A stretch of 64,000 nt of DNA from a virus (IMGVR_UViG_3300013121_000008:64001-128000), one strand, 5' to 3'; shown: positions 19,699-31,490, counted from the first letter of the stretch. Translations and numbers: made by a program. The notes: generated by a model from the letters alone, not told the origin.

Positions 19699-20930
19699 TG
19701 GATTTTCAATCAGTAAATTATAACGACTTGTTTAACCAAGTTGCAAAAAAGTTAATCAATAGAGCAGGTATAACTAATATTGGTCCTACCTCTAAAACTA
19801 GTGCCTTAGTAAGCGCCGTCCTACAAGAAGAAAAGAATAAGTTTAATTTAATTAATTCTGTATTAGAATCTTTAAAATTGGAATCTGCCTTCGGAGAAGA
19901 TTTAGATAAGATAGGATTATTCTTTGGTGTTAAGAGACTTGAATCCGCAAGAGCTAAGACTAATATAATAGATAAAAATTTAGAATTTTATGTCGATTCT
20001 GGAACTTTTGGTTCTATTAATAATTCTAATTCATTTACTATTCCAGCGAATACTTTAGTTTATCTAGAAAGTAAAGACTCTACTTCCTCTTCTACTGTTC
20101 AGTTTAGGGTTTTAAACGATATAAATTGCGATAAAGATGCAGCCTCAGTTTATTTTGCAGGAGAAGCTATCGAAACTGGTGCCGCGTCAAACGTTGCGGC
20201 TGGAGCCTTAAATAAGCACGGATTCACTAGTTATACTAATTCCGCTTCCAAACTTTTAAAAGTAAGAAATAATTACTCTATAGTTAATGGTAGAGACTCA
20301 CAGTTAGATTCTTCCTATCGTTATGCAATTTCTAAAGCTATTACTGCTTATTCAGGCTGTAATGAAACAACTCTTAAATTAGCTGTTAGAACATTTCCTG
20401 GAGTCGTCGATTCAAAATTTATAAGAAATTATAATGGAATAGGTAGTTCTGCTATCTTCGTTGATACAATAGAGGGAACAATTCCTGATTCCTTATTAAC
20501 TGCTATTCGAGAGCGTTTAGCATTATTTGCTTCAGCTTCAGAAACCATTTATGTTTATGCGCCTAAATATGTTAAACTTTCTTTAAATCTTGTCGTTAAA
20601 ACAACTAAAGATTTATCAACGGAAGATAAGACAACTCTAACAAATAATATAAATACTACGATTAAAAATTATTTCGCCGCATTAAGAATGGGAGAAACTT
20701 TAGATCTTGAGTATTTATATAACTTTATTATCAAGAATAACACCTCTGTTACTAAAATAGGAAGAAACAATAACGGTAACAAAGCGGAAGAGATATCTGT
20801 ATATTATTCTGATAGTCTTGGTAATTCATTTAATAAAAAATTAATAGAAAATAATCTATCTGTTTCCCAAGAGCAACGTATTGTTTTACTTGAAACTGAT
20901 AACCCAATAACTATATCTATAGAGAAATAA
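19698..20930 (+). CDS. Baseplate J/gp47-like wedge protein
   Basis: AFGEDLDKIGLFFGVKRLESARA, AIETGAASNVAAG and NGRDSQLDSSYRYAI...FPGV match baseplate-J motifs. Confidence 0.8.
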   Translation: MDFQSVNYNDLFNQVAKKLINRAGITNIGPTSKTSALVSAVLQEEKNKFNLINSVLESLKLESAFGEDLDKIGLFFGVKRLESARAKTNIIDKNLEFYVDSGTFGSINNSNSFTIPANTLVYLESKDSTSSSTVQFRVLNDINCDKDAASVYFAGEAIETGAASNVAAGALNKHGFTSYTNSASKLLKVRNNYSIVNGRDSQLDSSYRYAISKAITAYSGCNETTLKLAVRTFPGVVDSKFIRNYNGIGSSAIFVDTIEGTIPDSLLTAIRERLALFASASETIYVYAPKYVKLSLNLVVKTTKDLSTEDKTTLTNNINTTIKNYFAALRMGETLDLEYLYNFIIKNNTSVTKIGRNNNGNKAEEISVYYSDSLGNSFNKKLIENNLSVSQEQRIVLLETDNPITISIEK

Positions 20931-22474
20931 TGTTTGAAACACAAAAATTAGTAAATCACTTTCCTAAAGATAGCTTAATGAGAAAAGATCCATCCTCTTT
21001 TGGATTTAGATTTTTCTCTATCTTTGGAGAGCTTTCTCAAAACTTTGTTAGAGATTTAATAAATTTTAAAAATAGTTATTATCCCTTAACTTATAATAAC
21101 GATAGTTTGTCAACGGCTTATTCTTGGGACATTGGAGATTTTGGTTTTACCTTTACAGATCTAAGTAATAACTCTGTATTCAAAGTGCCAAGCGCTTATG
21201 GAGATTCTGCTCAATTAGAATATGCAAAAGATGATGTTACTTTCATAAACTCTTTACCTAGTGCTTTAAAGTTTATTCAAAGTTTTTCTGGAGCAGAGTA
21301 TGTTGTATATGAATCTGATTTGAATGATAGTTCCTCTATAAATGATTTTGATTTTCCTTCAAAACTTTTCATAGAGTTTTCTGGTGTTTCTAGTTTTTCG
21401 ATTTCTGACGATAGCGACAACGCTTTGGCAAGACAAAAAAATGCTTCTTTACATTTAATTGGTGAAGATTTTTACGGTAATGAAATAGATGAATATATCT
21501 CTCCTTCTGTTAACGGAGTTTATATTACTAAATATTTTTATTCAAAACTATTAGATTTCACTTTGATAAATATTAGCTCTGATGGAAATATTAAAATAAA
21601 ATGTTTAGATTTTAATTTGCTTGAATATATATCAGAGAGTTTCTTAGCTATCACTCCAGAAATTAATACTTTATTAGTTAAAGACTTTGACGAAGACTTC
21701 TTTATTCTAAAATACTATATTTTCCCTCCTGAAAACGGAAAAAGAATTTCAGACGAAAAAGAAACCCTCGCGGAATATAAACTTTTAGATTCAGAGGGCA
21801 ACTATCTTACTATAGAAGATATTACTTTCTCTAAGTCATTAGAAGATTTATATGTTTTATCTTCCGGTAAATTATATATTTATAGAAATTGGCTAGACTC
21901 TTTACTGTTTAACGCTCCCGCACAAGAAAGAACTTTAGAAGTTTTGATGTCAGCCTCTTTTATGTATTCTCATATCGGACTGAATAAAGTTAATGTTTGT
22001 TATATCAATCAAAACTTGCTAAATAAAAAAGTAGATAATTATCAAATCATCCTTATAGACCCCAATAATAATAGATTTTATTTAAATTCTGATTATGAAT
22101 TTGATTCAGATATATATTATTTTCAGAATAACTATTATACGGAAAACGTTAATTACGTTCCTGACTTTTCTTTTGAGTTCGCGCTTGATACTATTGGACA
22201 ATGGGAATTAAATATAGTAGCCGTAGATACCGATGGGAATGAATATATATTTGTATCTAACGTAATGTGTCCTTATTTAGAGCCGGATAAAGAAATTACT
22301 TTAACTAAAAACTATACTGCTATTTCTTATAGCTATGATGGTTACTTATATCTTAAATACAATGACGAAATAGATAGATATAAAACTATAAACAACACTT
22401 ATTTTATAGACTTTACCAATAAAATCTTATATACTACTGAGACATTCTCTAATTTGGAAGTAATATATGAGTAA
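20930..22474 (+). CDS. Baseplate-region structural protein
   Basis: 514-aa acidic, Tyr-rich ORF coupled to baseplate J by a TAATG overlap. Confidence 0.4.
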   Translation: MFETQKLVNHFPKDSLMRKDPSSFGFRFFSIFGELSQNFVRDLINFKNSYYPLTYNNDSLSTAYSWDIGDFGFTFTDLSNNSVFKVPSAYGDSAQLEYAKDDVTFINSLPSALKFIQSFSGAEYVVYESDLNDSSSINDFDFPSKLFIEFSGVSSFSISDDSDNALARQKNASLHLIGEDFYGNEIDEYISPSVNGVYITKYFYSKLLDFTLINISSDGNIKIKCLDFNLLEYISESFLAITPEINTLLVKDFDEDFFILKYYIFPPENGKRISDEKETLAEYKLLDSEGNYLTIEDITFSKSLEDLYVLSSGKLYIYRNWLDSLLFNAPAQERTLEVLMSASFMYSHIGLNKVNVCYINQNLLNKKVDNYQIILIDPNNNRFYLNSDYEFDSDIYYFQNNYYTENVNYVPDFSFEFALDTIGQWELNIVAVDTDGNEYIFVSNVMCPYLEPDKEITLTKNYTAISYSYDGYLYLKYNDEIDRYKTINNTYFIDFTNKILYTTETFSNLEVIYE

Positions 22475-23294
22475 TTATACTACATATGAAAATAAAAAAA
22501 TTTCTACTTGGCTTGATAGCGCTGGGGCTTTATTAGACACAGAGCGCTTAAAAGATGAGACACTATTTCATTATCAGCAAAGACTTATTGATACAATGCG
22601 TAATAGAGCAAGTCCATCTACTTTTGGTCTTAATAATTCTGCGGCAAGACAATTAGGATTGGAAAGAACTCATGTTTTTACTTTAAGTTCGGTCTATCCT
22701 AATCCATATATAAAGATAACCAGTAAGTATATATACTTATATTCTAATGAAGTTTTAGATTTTAAATTCGACTTATATAATAATACTTTTGGTGATTTAA
22801 AAACGTATATAGATTATAATAGTTCTTATTTTAATATAGATTACTACGATGAAGATTTAGAGAATTTAAATTTGAAGTATCTTTCTTATGATAACAACCT
22901 AAAAGGGAATAGTGAAGTTCTTGGCTCTAGCAAGTGTATAATTTTAGAGAAAAGTAATATAAAAGATATTTACTTTCATTCTGATTCTTTTCTTGTAGAA
23001 AAAGATTCTATAGATGAAATTGAGAATTTTGGTGATTTCTATATAGACTATCAATATGGCATTGTTTATTTAAGCGACAATTGCTCTGGAAAGGTAACTT
23101 ATAATTATTATGAAAACCCTTTTAAGTTATTTTATTCTCCTGTAACTTTCTATCCTTTAGCTGATGAAGATATTGACTATTTAATTAAAGATACTATCTA
23201 TAATGGAACGGAAGAAAATTTAATCTTGAATTCTAAAGGTGCCGAAATCATAAACAAAACTCTTGAAGTTGGCCCAACAACAATAGGTAGATAA
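22467..23294 (+). CDS. Baseplate-region structural protein
   Basis: N-terminal LDSAGALLDTERLKDETLFHYQQRL resembles wedge-type motifs; contains the shared GDFYIDYQYG module. Confidence 0.4.
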   Translation: MSNYTTYENKKISTWLDSAGALLDTERLKDETLFHYQQRLIDTMRNRASPSTFGLNNSAARQLGLERTHVFTLSSVYPNPYIKITSKYIYLYSNEVLDFKFDLYNNTFGDLKTYIDYNSSYFNIDYYDEDLENLNLKYLSYDNNLKGNSEVLGSSKCIILEKSNIKDIYFHSDSFLVEKDSIDEIENFGDFYIDYQYGIVYLSDNCSGKVTYNYYENPFKLFYSPVTFYPLADEDIDYLIKDTIYNGTEENLILNSKGAEIINKTLEVGPTTIGR

Positions 23295-25705
23295 TGTATA
23301 GAACAACAGATGCTTACGGCACTAGAGTAATTTATTTAAGTCTTGATGAGGGAGCAAGCGAATATGAGACCACTTCCCTTGATATAGAATTAGATATATT
23401 TGAGTCTACTAAAACTGTTCCTGTTTTGGGAAATTTAGCTAATATCGATCCTCTTAAATGGGATAAAACTATTGTTGCTTCTAGTATAGACCCTGTAGAT
23501 AAATATAATTCCTATACAGAAACAATTGATTTCTCTCTTCGAGATGGAACTTTTATTGACGATTGGCAAAGCGGAACGGTATTAGATTTAGAATTTATAG
23601 ATTTAAAAAATGATTGGGAACCAATCTTTAATACAGGAACTTATTCTTCTAGTTCTGAAACCAGAGGTTTATATTCTGATTACTCATTAGAAGCTTATTT
23701 CTCTCCATATGTTTATGATGACAATAATAGGTATTATGTAGAATTAGACTCTTCCTTTATCGAAGACTCTATTAAAATAAGACAGTTTAAACTATCAAAT
23801 AATTTGTTGTATGAGACTGTTTTGGAATACAATAAAGTAGATTCATTTTCTGATGATACTTATTCTAATGAATTTATTGTAGAAGGCAATAGAATAACCA
23901 TAAACAATAATCCTTTTATAAGAAAAGGTGAAAATGTTCTCCCACAAAATAAAGCCAATATAGAGCAGTATTATAATTTATTAGGAACGGGCAATGATTC
24001 TACTAAGGATTTTTACATTCCTTATTTGCCTATTGATGAGTTTAATATAGAAACTTTTGTAATATATGATGACGACACTACAGAGAAATGGAAAATAGTA
24101 GATAGTTTAGACTTTGCAACTAGAGAAGATACCTATCTTAAATTAGATAAAGAGAAAGGCGTTATTACTTGCGGCGGAAAAAGTTACGATAATCTTGTTT
24201 TAAAAGAATCGATAACCGATTCTGATATTGATATAACATTCTATACAACTAAAGATATAAGTTCTTATCCAAAGAAAGGTATTTTGAATATCGAAGGAGA
24301 ACAGATATTATTTATAGATAGAACTCATAATCAGTTTTTAAATTGTATAAGAGGATACAATGGTAGCATTGCTGCGGCTCACGGACTCAGTGCTTCTATA
24401 GAAATAGAAAGAAATGGTTTTGCAATTCCAGAAGAAGCTTCCCTTTATATATTTTATTATCCAAGTCTTCGAGTAGATTATGAAATCTCGTATTATTCTA
24501 TTAGAAGCTCTGAGATAACAGTAAGACCTTCTTCTCATATAGACGCTAATAAGATAGTTCAAATAGCTCCTAGATTACTAGATTTAGATAGTTTGTATTT
24601 ATATTCTGAAGCTCCAGTTTTAGGGCATGATAGATATGGTCCTCTTTATTATGGAAGCGATACAGCAAGATGCATTGTAGAAGCAAAAGACTCTTATGAT
24701 AATCCTGTTTCTAACTTGAATATAACATTAGAAATTTTGGATCCTATTATTGGAACTTTAGATGGTGAAAATTTTGAAGTCATTAAAGTTTCAGACTATA
24801 ATGGTAGAATATATGCTTATTATAATTCTCCAGTTGATGAAGATAATTTTTCAAAAAAATATAACGAAGTAGAATACAATGATTCTTTAGAGTCTGAATT
24901 TCTTTTTGAAGGTCTTGATGAAGATACAGAATTAGAAGATATATTTATTTTCCAAATTTTTAAACAAGATCCCGTATTTGGATCTTCTGGAATAAAATAT
25001 TCTATAATTAGTCATGGTACGGATAGCACATATACTGAAACTGTATATTATATTGAATTAGAGAATCCTATAGATAGTTCTTATTTAAACGGCGTAGTTT
25101 ACGCTGTCGATTCCAATAATGTAGTTTATACTAGAACTATAAAGTATATATTAAATAATAAAATATTTATAGAAGAAGCCCTTCCAACAGAAACTTATTC
25201 TTATGTTTATATATCTAAACAAGACGATTTAACATGGGATTCAGAAGAATTGAATGGCGTTGCAGTTATTCTTTATCAATGGAACGCAGATGCGGTACAT
25301 CCTATTACTGGTAGTTCTGGCGCTTATACTCCTATATTTCCAGTTTCTATTACAGACGAAACTATTCTTTATCAAGAAACTTTCCCTCAAAGCGAACCAG
25401 AGGATTCCAATAATAATCTTGGTGGTTATATGATAATAGCCCCTAGAACAGTTTATCTTAGAGCTAAAGCTACCGATCCATATTCTGGTAATTTAGTTTA
25501 TTCAAATACAATTGAATTTAAACTTCTTCTTCCAAGTTACTTAACTGGGGTAAGTTTTCAAGACGGTTTGCCTGTTCCTATCGGTTTCAATTTTGCAATT
25601 GATGAAAACAATTATGACACCGGTACTGGATTAGGTGGCTCTAATTTTATTACAATAAACAAATCGGGTGGACTTTACGGTCTTCAACTAAGATTTAATT
25701 CTTAA
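23294..25705 (+). CDS. Structural protein with wedge-like repeat and bacterial Ig-like (Big_1-like) segment
   Basis: KWKIVDSLDFATREDTYLKLDKEKGVIT is wedge-like; ARCIVEAKDSYDNPVSNLNITLEIL...SDYNGRIYAYY is Ig-like. Confidence 0.45.
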   Translation: MYRTTDAYGTRVIYLSLDEGASEYETTSLDIELDIFESTKTVPVLGNLANIDPLKWDKTIVASSIDPVDKYNSYTETIDFSLRDGTFIDDWQSGTVLDLEFIDLKNDWEPIFNTGTYSSSSETRGLYSDYSLEAYFSPYVYDDNNRYYVELDSSFIEDSIKIRQFKLSNNLLYETVLEYNKVDSFSDDTYSNEFIVEGNRITINNNPFIRKGENVLPQNKANIEQYYNLLGTGNDSTKDFYIPYLPIDEFNIETFVIYDDDTTEKWKIVDSLDFATREDTYLKLDKEKGVITCGGKSYDNLVLKESITDSDIDITFYTTKDISSYPKKGILNIEGEQILFIDRTHNQFLNCIRGYNGSIAAAHGLSASIEIERNGFAIPEEASLYIFYYPSLRVDYEISYYSIRSSEITVRPSSHIDANKIVQIAPRLLDLDSLYLYSEAPVLGHDRYGPLYYGSDTARCIVEAKDSYDNPVSNLNITLEILDPIIGTLDGENFEVIKVSDYNGRIYAYYNSPVDEDNFSKKYNEVEYNDSLESEFLFEGLDEDTELEDIFIFQIFKQDPVFGSSGIKYSIISHGTDSTYTETVYYIELENPIDSSYLNGVVYAVDSNNVVYTRTIKYILNNKIFIEEALPTETYSYVYISKQDDLTWDSEELNGVAVILYQWNADAVHPITGSSGAYTPIFPVSITDETILYQETFPQSEPEDSNNNLGGYMIIAPRTVYLRAKATDPYSGNLVYSNTIEFKLLLPSYLTGVSFQDGLPVPIGFNFAIDENNYDTGTGLGGSNFITINKSGGLYGLQLRFNS

Positions 25706-25715
25706 GGATTTTTAA

Positions 25716-27458
25716 ATGGCAGACAAACTTGGATCAACTATAAGAACAAGTATCAATTTCGTTGCTGGAGAAAATGCTCTACCTACGAAATTTACTACAA
25801 TGTTTAATACTTTAAAGAATGCAATTCAAAAATTAGAATTGGCTGTTGGTGATTTACATGATGAAAGTTATCCATATTTCAATAGTACAGATACTCTATC
25901 TCAAGCGACTCGTTCTTCTCTTAAAATAGATTTGGGAGAAGGAGATAAAAAATTAGATATTGTAAATCTATCAAGAATAATTGGCCCGGCCTCTTCTTTA
26001 AACCCATTACATTTGTGTGATATCGAAACTTCTGAAAGCTATGTTACCGAATCAGTTCCTACTGGAAAGATATCTTTCAAATTAAAATATGTTCCTTTCA
26101 GTGGAACCGTTACGTTTAGTGGTTCAGATACAACCTCTTTCGTTAGCGAGAAGGTTTCTTCTGCTACGGCACTAATTGATGGAGATTACTATATCGATTA
26201 TACCACTGGCGAAGTGACAGTAATAAAAGTAACCGTTGCTGGAGCCTCGGTAACCTATAGAGTGTCAACAGTATGGGACGCATTCGCCTCATATCCGAGT
26301 TCTTCTTTCAATGTTATACCAGACCCCTCTCAATCAACCAAATGCTCTGCTACGGGGCCATCAGGCGGTTATTACACTATATCCTTGCCGTTAGTAGAGA
26401 CTCAGGAATTAGACGATACCGGATTAACTTCTACCATAAGTAGCTCTCATGTTAATTATGATTCTCAATTAAAATTACCATATGTACTTGATGGTTTAAT
26501 TTCTGGAGATGTTATCCCTAAAGGCTTCATTTTATTAAGAGATGAAACTACAAATGAATTATTCATGGACGCTATATTTACTTATGATTCTCAAGATAGC
26601 GTTAAAGTTAGTAATGTTACTTTAGACGTTACCCATGGATTTTCTTTATTAACAGTTGGTACTAATATTACTCAGTCCATACAAAGCCTTAATCTAAAGC
26701 TTTGGAGATTAAGAAGAGGTCTTGATACTTATGCTGCGATACCCGCCGCTAACATAGCTAACAAGACTGGTACTTCGTTAGCTTCCGGACAAGAACCTTA
26801 CGTTAAATCTGATTTAGAAAATAATTATTTTCCTCAATATTTACATAGAGACGGCTGGCTTGAAAGTGACGATGGAAACATTAATGATCAAAACGGTATG
26901 AGAGGAGATTTAGTATTATTGTCTTCAAAACGTACTGCGAATTCAAGAAATAATATTTCGTCATCTTCTAGAAAATTATGGTTTGGAAGTCATAGCGACG
27001 GTCCATATATGTACTATATTTATAGTGCGACCGTTCCAAGATTGCAAATTAATGCAAACAGTTTATCTATAGAATTTAGTGGAAATACACACGCTTCCGA
27101 TGGTATCTCTATGGGAGGTATCGGAAGTCCGTGGCCACTCGTTAAAGTTCTTGAAACGTCTGTTACTGTTGATTTCGCCACCGATGGAGCAGCTCGCGAT
27201 TTACTAGATGTTGCAATGCCATCTAATATAGAAACAGAATTAACAGGTAAAACTATTTTATCTGTTGGCGGTACTATTACTTATGGTGGATATATAGTTC
27301 CTTTATACTATACAGAATATAACAATGGCACTTTGGTTACAAGCACCTTGTTCTCAGCATCTATTAAATCTGATTTTTCTGAAATTAGATTTGCTAATTA
27401 TAATCCAATTATAGGTGATGGATTAACCGTTAATTTAATCATATGGTATAAAGATTAA
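25716..27458 (+). CDS. Tail fibre/appendage protein
   Basis: 580 aa, Ser/Thr-rich and beta-rich, preceded by AAGGA; in the structural module. Confidence 0.45.
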   Translation: MADKLGSTIRTSINFVAGENALPTKFTTMFNTLKNAIQKLELAVGDLHDESYPYFNSTDTLSQATRSSLKIDLGEGDKKLDIVNLSRIIGPASSLNPLHLCDIETSESYVTESVPTGKISFKLKYVPFSGTVTFSGSDTTSFVSEKVSSATALIDGDYYIDYTTGEVTVIKVTVAGASVTYRVSTVWDAFASYPSSSFNVIPDPSQSTKCSATGPSGGYYTISLPLVETQELDDTGLTSTISSSHVNYDSQLKLPYVLDGLISGDVIPKGFILLRDETTNELFMDAIFTYDSQDSVKVSNVTLDVTHGFSLLTVGTNITQSIQSLNLKLWRLRRGLDTYAAIPAANIANKTGTSLASGQEPYVKSDLENNYFPQYLHRDGWLESDDGNINDQNGMRGDLVLLSSKRTANSRNNISSSSRKLWFGSHSDGPYMYYIYSATVPRLQINANSLSIEFSGNTHASDGISMGGIGSPWPLVKVLETSVTVDFATDGAARDLLDVAMPSNIETELTGKTILSVGGTITYGGYIVPLYYTEYNNGTLVTSTLFSASIKSDFSEIRFANYNPIIGDGLTVNLIIWYKD

Positions 27459-29521
27459 TGATCTTGAGATTAACTAATAACTCTGCCGAAGCAGAAGAAT
27501 ATCCTCTTTCTTTAGATATTTATGTACATAAAAGATTAGAAACTTTTATTTATAAAAGTGATATCTTTAAACATGATATTCCATTAGTTTACTTTGATTT
27601 CAAGGATATTGAAGCTAACTATAATATTGTTACAGTTGACAGTAGTAATCAATTAGCTGAAAATAATCCTACCAAAACCTTTGATATAAATAACTTTGCT
27701 ATAGTTAATGGAGCGTCTTATACAACTGATTATCCTTACGTGTTGATCACTCATAAAACTTATTATGATAGTTCTGGCAATTTCTTTCCTCTTTTTTACG
27801 GAGAGGAGCTTCCCGAAGGAACTGTAGACGTTAAGTTCGAGCTTTCTACAAACGAAGGCAATAAGCAAATAAATTCTGGATTCATCTTGTCTGATGATAA
27901 GAAAAGAGTTTATTATAGTTTTGAAAATAAATATGATACTGTTACCAATGAGTATTCAATTTATTATATTATCGCAATAACATCTAACGGATTAATAAGT
28001 AAAGGTATTATTAATCCTTCTTCGGCTGTAAGAGAGTCTGAATGGACAGATTTAGATTCAGAAACCGGTGAAGTGAATGTTGATTTTCCTGTGTATTATA
28101 AGGAAAATATAAACAATCAATATACTTTTTATTTTAGCCAAACAAACACTTATTACATAAAAGTAAGAGAAGATTCTTATATTCGTCCTTTAGACTTTTC
28201 CTCTGGTACATCTTCTGATGGTTGGTTCCCGTTATTTTCTCTTGGTTCTTTTTCCCATATAGACGACTTAGGAACACTAAGATATTACTCTATTCCTGAG
28301 TCTAGTAATTCTTACTATAACCCTTATGCTCCTTGGCGTTTCGATTCTTACGCTTCTTACGAACAAATAACAAGTAATTTAATTTTTATTGGCCGCAAAA
28401 GATTAGGAATCAACACTGGTGATCGACCTCTTAATATAATTGTTAGAGATTATAATGATGTCGTTCTTTATGCTTTCACTACTAAAAGCTCTTTAGACGG
28501 AGAAAAATATAGAGATAGTGTTTATTGGTCTACAGATGAAATAGCTTCATGGGATAATTATAATGGTATTATAGAATTGAATATGAATATCAGTGCTTCT
28601 TGGAAGTTAGATATATCATATTATTATGAACAAAATTATTTTTCTTTAAGTTCTGTAAACTTAAATCCAATCTATAATTCTTTGGTTTATAATCATTATT
28701 ATGTTGTTTATTTGAAACCTAATGTAACTAATGATAATGCTTTACAGTATCTTTTAGTTAGAAATGATGGTTTAATTGTCGACACCTCTGATCCAGAATA
28801 CAAACTACTAAATGAAGACGGAACTTATAATTTAAATACTTTTATAGGAATGTACTACAGATTGTTTTTAAATTATAACGAAAATGATTGGACTACAATT
28901 TACTCTACCGGCTATATTAATAATTATCAATTCTTAGTTCTTGCTGAGTATTTCTTTGTGGAAAGAGAAAATATTGAAAATTATGATTATATCTCTGTTA
29001 TGAGATCTGGTGATTGTATTGTTGAAAATAAAAAATCTGATGTAGCTTACCGAAACTTTCGTTTGTTCCATTCTAAATATTTATCAACAGAACTTGGTTA
29101 CCAATACTCTAAAAACAATGTTCTTATATATAGACTTTCCTATAACTTATTGGAAGATTACGGTGGCAGTTTCACTTTAGACGAATTAAAAGAACGTCTA
29201 TACAAATATTTAGCAGCTTCTAAATTAATAGTTTTTGAATGGGAAGAAGATATTAAAGAGATAGATATAGATAATTCTCAATCTAATACGATACAATTAT
29301 CATGGAATTTTATTGGATATGGGTATACATATTATATTTATCGTTCAATCGTTAAAGATTCTGGTTTTGAATTGTTAGGAACCGTAGACTATTCTTATAA
29401 GAATTTGTCTTACACCGATTCAAGTTTAACTTCTGGAAATACTTATTATTATTATATAGTTCCATTCAAGAATGGTGTATATTATCCTCAATCAATTACT
29501 ATAGGCGCAAAGGTGAAATAA
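27458..29521 (+). CDS. Structural protein with C-terminal fibronectin type III domain
   Basis: NTIQLSWNFIGYGYTYYIYRS...YTDSSLTSGNTYYYYIVPFKNG is a classic FN3 pattern. Confidence 0.65.
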   Translation: MILRLTNNSAEAEEYPLSLDIYVHKRLETFIYKSDIFKHDIPLVYFDFKDIEANYNIVTVDSSNQLAENNPTKTFDINNFAIVNGASYTTDYPYVLITHKTYYDSSGNFFPLFYGEELPEGTVDVKFELSTNEGNKQINSGFILSDDKKRVYYSFENKYDTVTNEYSIYYIIAITSNGLISKGIINPSSAVRESEWTDLDSETGEVNVDFPVYYKENINNQYTFYFSQTNTYYIKVREDSYIRPLDFSSGTSSDGWFPLFSLGSFSHIDDLGTLRYYSIPESSNSYYNPYAPWRFDSYASYEQITSNLIFIGRKRLGINTGDRPLNIIVRDYNDVVLYAFTTKSSLDGEKYRDSVYWSTDEIASWDNYNGIIELNMNISASWKLDISYYYEQNYFSLSSVNLNPIYNSLVYNHYYVVYLKPNVTNDNALQYLLVRNDGLIVDTSDPEYKLLNEDGTYNLNTFIGMYYRLFLNYNENDWTTIYSTGYINNYQFLVLAEYFFVERENIENYDYISVMRSGDCIVENKKSDVAYRNFRLFHSKYLSTELGYQYSKNNVLIYRLSYNLLEDYGGSFTLDELKERLYKYLAASKLIVFEWEEDIKEIDIDNSQSNTIQLSWNFIGYGYTYYIYRSIVKDSGFELLGTVDYSYKNLSYTDSSLTSGNTYYYYIVPFKNGVYYPQSITIGAKVK

Positions 29522-29952
29522 TGGCAGCAGAATTAACATGGTATGAAGATAGCTTAGAAGTTGATGAGCCTAGAACAGTTTCTACCACTAAGACCTTTAC
29601 CATAAAAAACGTAGGAGATGAAACGGCTACAGAACTTGGTTTCTATATCTCCGTTGCTTCTTCTAATGGTTCATTTGAATTCCCTTCTACTGATTCACCC
29701 GACATAAATTATTCAGATATTATATCTCAAGGTAATATTGGTTATGGTTTAACTATTCAACAATCGTCTACTACTACAAGAATCTTAAGTGGAGTTGGAG
29801 ATACTTATCCTACTCGTATTCCTTTGGTTCTTGGTTCTGGGACTGCTGGAGACGAACTTGCAGTAAATGAAGAAGTTACGATAGTTGTAACGGTTACTTT
29901 CTCTCCTTCTTTTGGAGCCAAAAATCTTTATGTTGATTTATTTTTAGAATAA
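29521..29952 (+). CDS. Small structural protein (beta-sandwich-like)
   Basis: 143 aa; TKTFTIKNVGDETATEL Ig-like strand; coupled on both sides. Confidence 0.35.
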   Translation: MAAELTWYEDSLEVDEPRTVSTTKTFTIKNVGDETATELGFYISVASSNGSFEFPSTDSPDINYSDIISQGNIGYGLTIQQSSTTTRILSGVGDTYPTRIPLVLGSGTAGDELAVNEEVTIVVTVTFSPSFGAKNLYVDLFLE

Positions 29953-31490
29953 TGATTGTAACTAAAAAAATAAATTTCAAAAGAATTTCAACTGATAAGT
30001 ATTTCCTTAACGTTTACAAAGGTAAAAAGAGTTCCGCATTCTATAACAATAAGATTAAGAATGGAATTCTTAGAACTTCAGAAACAGAAATAACTGGAGA
30101 TCCTTTATCATCTGTTAATTTTAATAAATATATTAACGATATGAAATATAATATTGAGAACATTCAGACTAATTTAAATGAATTGTCTAATGTACTCTCT
30201 TTTGATGATTTCTCATTCGGCAAATCTATATTGCAATTTGCTTATGATTTGAATAATAGATTATCTATTTCTTCCCTAAATAAAGAGAATTATCTATTTA
30301 ATTTTTATCTTGGTAAGGGTTTTGATGACGCCATTCGTTTTGAAGACCCAAGGACTAATTCTATATTAGATAATAATTATTATTTTAGTTTTATAGAAGG
30401 TAAAGGTTTTACTTTACCTATAAAAAAACTTTTAGATATTCCAGTTCTTAATATTGAACCATCGTTTGATTATTCTGAAATTGGTGAGGAAATTATAGAA
30501 GAGATTTATGATTATGAAGATAAATCTTATTCTATTCTTTTTTCTGTTTTAGAAAAGAACCCGGCTGGAAACGCTTTTACAAGTAAAGAAAAATACAAAC
30601 TTGGTATAAATATAAATATAGCTGGTTATCAACAATTGAATAGAATTAAAGTTAATTCTTATAATTCTTTCAATATAGATAGTATATGGTATATGGCTCA
30701 AGACGAAAGCTTAGTTGAACTAAGCGATTTTTCTGTTGTTGATTCTATAGGAGAAACTAGTATAGTTTTTTCTAATATAATAGCTAAATCGATATTGGTT
30801 GTATTTTCCATTAAAAATCCATTTGATTATAAATATGAAAATGAAAAAGTATATAAAATATATTATTTTTCTTTTTCTAAAATTTCATTATTTAAAGATA
30901 AATTTGCTGAATTTGCTTTTTTGAAAACTAATTCTTTCTTACAAAAGAATTTGTCTTCAATTAAAACTTTAATGAATAAAGAATTAAACGAATCAGAAAT
31001 TGTGGAAGATCTCTATGTTCATATACAGAACAGTAGTAAAAAAATTAAAGTGTTATTGAAAGACAACTATCAAACAACTATTAAGCAAAGTTTATATTTT
31101 AGAAATGGAATAGCTGAGTTAGACTTTTATCCATCTTCTTTAACGTTATATAAAAATGGAGAAGAACAGGTTTTAGGAACAGATTATTGGATATTGTCTT
31201 CTATAGTGGATACTCCGCAATCAACACTTACCACTTTGGATTCAGAAAAACAACAAACAATTTCTATAAAATTAAATTATTTTAATCCAACATCTTATTA
31301 TACAATCTCTATAATTCCTGATTTAAATTATAAATTATATGGAGATTTTTACTATACAAATGATAGTGTAGTGTTTAATAAAGAATTAAATAGTAATTTA
31401 TATTTTTCTTATTTCTTAAGAAAGATAAATCCTAAAGTAACTTCTTTACCCATAATTAAAAGCCTAAGTGTAAAATTTAATGTCGCTTAA
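29952..31490 (+). CDS. Structural protein, paralog family member 1
   Basis: 512 aa; N-terminal helical region plus beta-rich body resembling the two following genes. Confidence 0.35.
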   Translation: MIVTKKINFKRISTDKYFLNVYKGKKSSAFYNNKIKNGILRTSETEITGDPLSSVNFNKYINDMKYNIENIQTNLNELSNVLSFDDFSFGKSILQFAYDLNNRLSISSLNKENYLFNFYLGKGFDDAIRFEDPRTNSILDNNYYFSFIEGKGFTLPIKKLLDIPVLNIEPSFDYSEIGEEIIEEIYDYEDKSYSILFSVLEKNPAGNAFTSKEKYKLGININIAGYQQLNRIKVNSYNSFNIDSIWYMAQDESLVELSDFSVVDSIGETSIVFSNIIAKSILVVFSIKNPFDYKYENEKVYKIYYFSFSKISLFKDKFAEFAFLKTNSFLQKNLSSIKTLMNKELNESEIVEDLYVHIQNSSKKIKVLLKDNYQTTIKQSLYFRNGIAELDFYPSSLTLYKNGEEQVLGTDYWILSSIVDTPQSTLTTLDSEKQQTISIKLNYFNPTSYYTISIIPDLNYKLYGDFYYTNDSVVFNKELNSNLYFSYFLRKINPKVTSLPIIKSLSVKFNVA